The notes under the pieces were generated by a model. It worked only from the letters and a program-made list of their open reading frames with translations. It had not been told where the DNA came from and made no database searches. 64,000 nucleotides of DNA from the human T2T-CHM13v2.0 reference genome, Homo sapiens, in the NCBI RefSeq assembly GCF_009914755.1, contig NC_060934.1. One strand, given 5' to 3'. Shown here piece after piece: positions 62,866 through 64,000 of the stretch. Position numbers and translations under genes: made by a program. Numbering within the stretch: position 1 is the first letter of the stretch; each line of letters begins with the position of its first letter.

Positions 62866-63238
62866 GCAGGAGTTGGCAAACATTTTCTGTAAAGGGTCAG
62901 ATGGTAAATAGTTTGGCCTTTGTGGCTCTGCCTTTGTAGCACAAAAGTAGCCACAGACAATCCATAAATGAATGGGTGTGGCTATATTCCAATAAAACTT
63001 CATTTACAAAAACAGATCCAGCTTGCAGAGCTATAGTTTGCCAACCCTGGTTTGAAGCAGCAATTTTCAAACTTTAGCCTGAATCACAATCACATACAGG
63101 CTTGTTAAAATACAGACCTCCGGGCCTCATCCTTAAGTGTCTGATTCAATAGCCCTGTCATGGGGCCTGAGATTTTAATAAGCTCCCAAGCAATGCTGAT
63201 GCTGCTGGTCCAGGGACCACACTTTGAGAACCACTAGT
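62866..63238. mobile_element. MER58A-like element followed by a MER5A-like element
   Basis: MER58A-like: caggagttggcaaacattttctgtaaaggg...tttgccaaccctg. MER5A-like: ...gctgctggtccagggaccacactttgagaaccact. Confidence 0.7.
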
Positions 63239-63362
63239 ACAGAACAATGGTCTATACTCCTTTCAGCGGAAGGTTAAAATGTAACCAACAATCAAGAATG
63301 TAGAAACTACATGCTGCAAACTTGACTGCTAATTTAATAGAATATTTCATATGAAGACTTAC

Positions 63363-63419
63363 TGTTAAGTGCCATAATATTATCTGTTCCTGGATGATGG
63401 AAATTTATCCCCATGCGTC
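63363..63419 (-). CDS. CPEB3: CPEB3 coding exon, 57 nt, phase 1-1 (GRMGINFHHPGTDNIMALN)
   Basis: Minus strand reads ttattttttag|GACGCATGGGG...GCACTTAACA|gtaagt, with canonical splice sites. The peptide matches CPEB3 upstream of the RRMs. Confidence 0.95.
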
Positions 63420-64000
63420 CTAAAAAATAAAATAATTTTAAGCAAAAAGAATGTTTAATGTAATCATTTCAAACACATCTTAAAATATAAACATTACAAA
63501 AATCTAAAACAGATTAATCTATAACAATGCTATCAAAGGCCAAAGCAGTTACAACAGTTTTAAAAATTAAGTCATAAAACATACACATGAAAAGTCTTAA
63601 AGCCAAAGTTTCAACAACAAATAAATAAAAAAAAACAAAAAAAGAAGCTTCTGTTATAATAGTCTGAAATTTAACACATCTCCTGCATTCCAATTTAAAC
63701 ATGCCAACTCCTTGGATTAAACATTTTATTTAAACAACCATTTATACTGTCCTTCCATTCAAGCAGCAAAAAAAAAAAAAAAAAAAAAATAGATTCAAAC
63801 AAGTATATAAATTTGAAGCTTAGAGAGAATAAAAAGAGAGGTTTCATAGTGGCTCAAAAATGCAATATAATAATCAGAATGGCAACCAGAAGGAAGACGG
63901 TAAAATTCATAAAAGAGACAGAATGGGGGAAAATGATTGGCCTAAAAATCTAGGGTTCTGGTGGCTCTCCCTAACACTAACTAGTGATATGACCTTGAAT

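Overview
Primate (human-like) genomic DNA with no prokaryotic features. The window lies entirely inside the CPEB3 gene (cytoplasmic polyadenylation element-binding protein 3), transcribed on the minus strand. Four coding exons are readable: 63363-63419 (57 nt), a 24-nt microexon at 40449-40472, 27344-27511 (168 nt, internal alternative acceptor giving 141 nt) and 25428-25517 (90 nt, RRM1). The rest is intron packed with repeats. These include about 35 Alu/FLAM copies, a nested ~10-kb L1 block (14.7-24.5 kb), a full-length Tigger1, a THE1-type solo LTR, MER30/MER58/MER5, MIR and L2. There are two processed pseudogenes (SDHC, EIF4A1), both antisense to CPEB3. The known CPEB3 HDV-like ribozyme was looked for and not seen. 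Most noteworthy: the microexon and its UG/U-rich flank, a CpG-retaining 93-nt candidate poison exon with a stem over its donor (32525-32617), inverted Alus bracketing a symmetric exon, rare variants shared by two neighbouring L1s of different age, and several small tandem duplications. No convincing wholly new biological system was found. Repeat boundaries and subfamilies are by-eye estimates.
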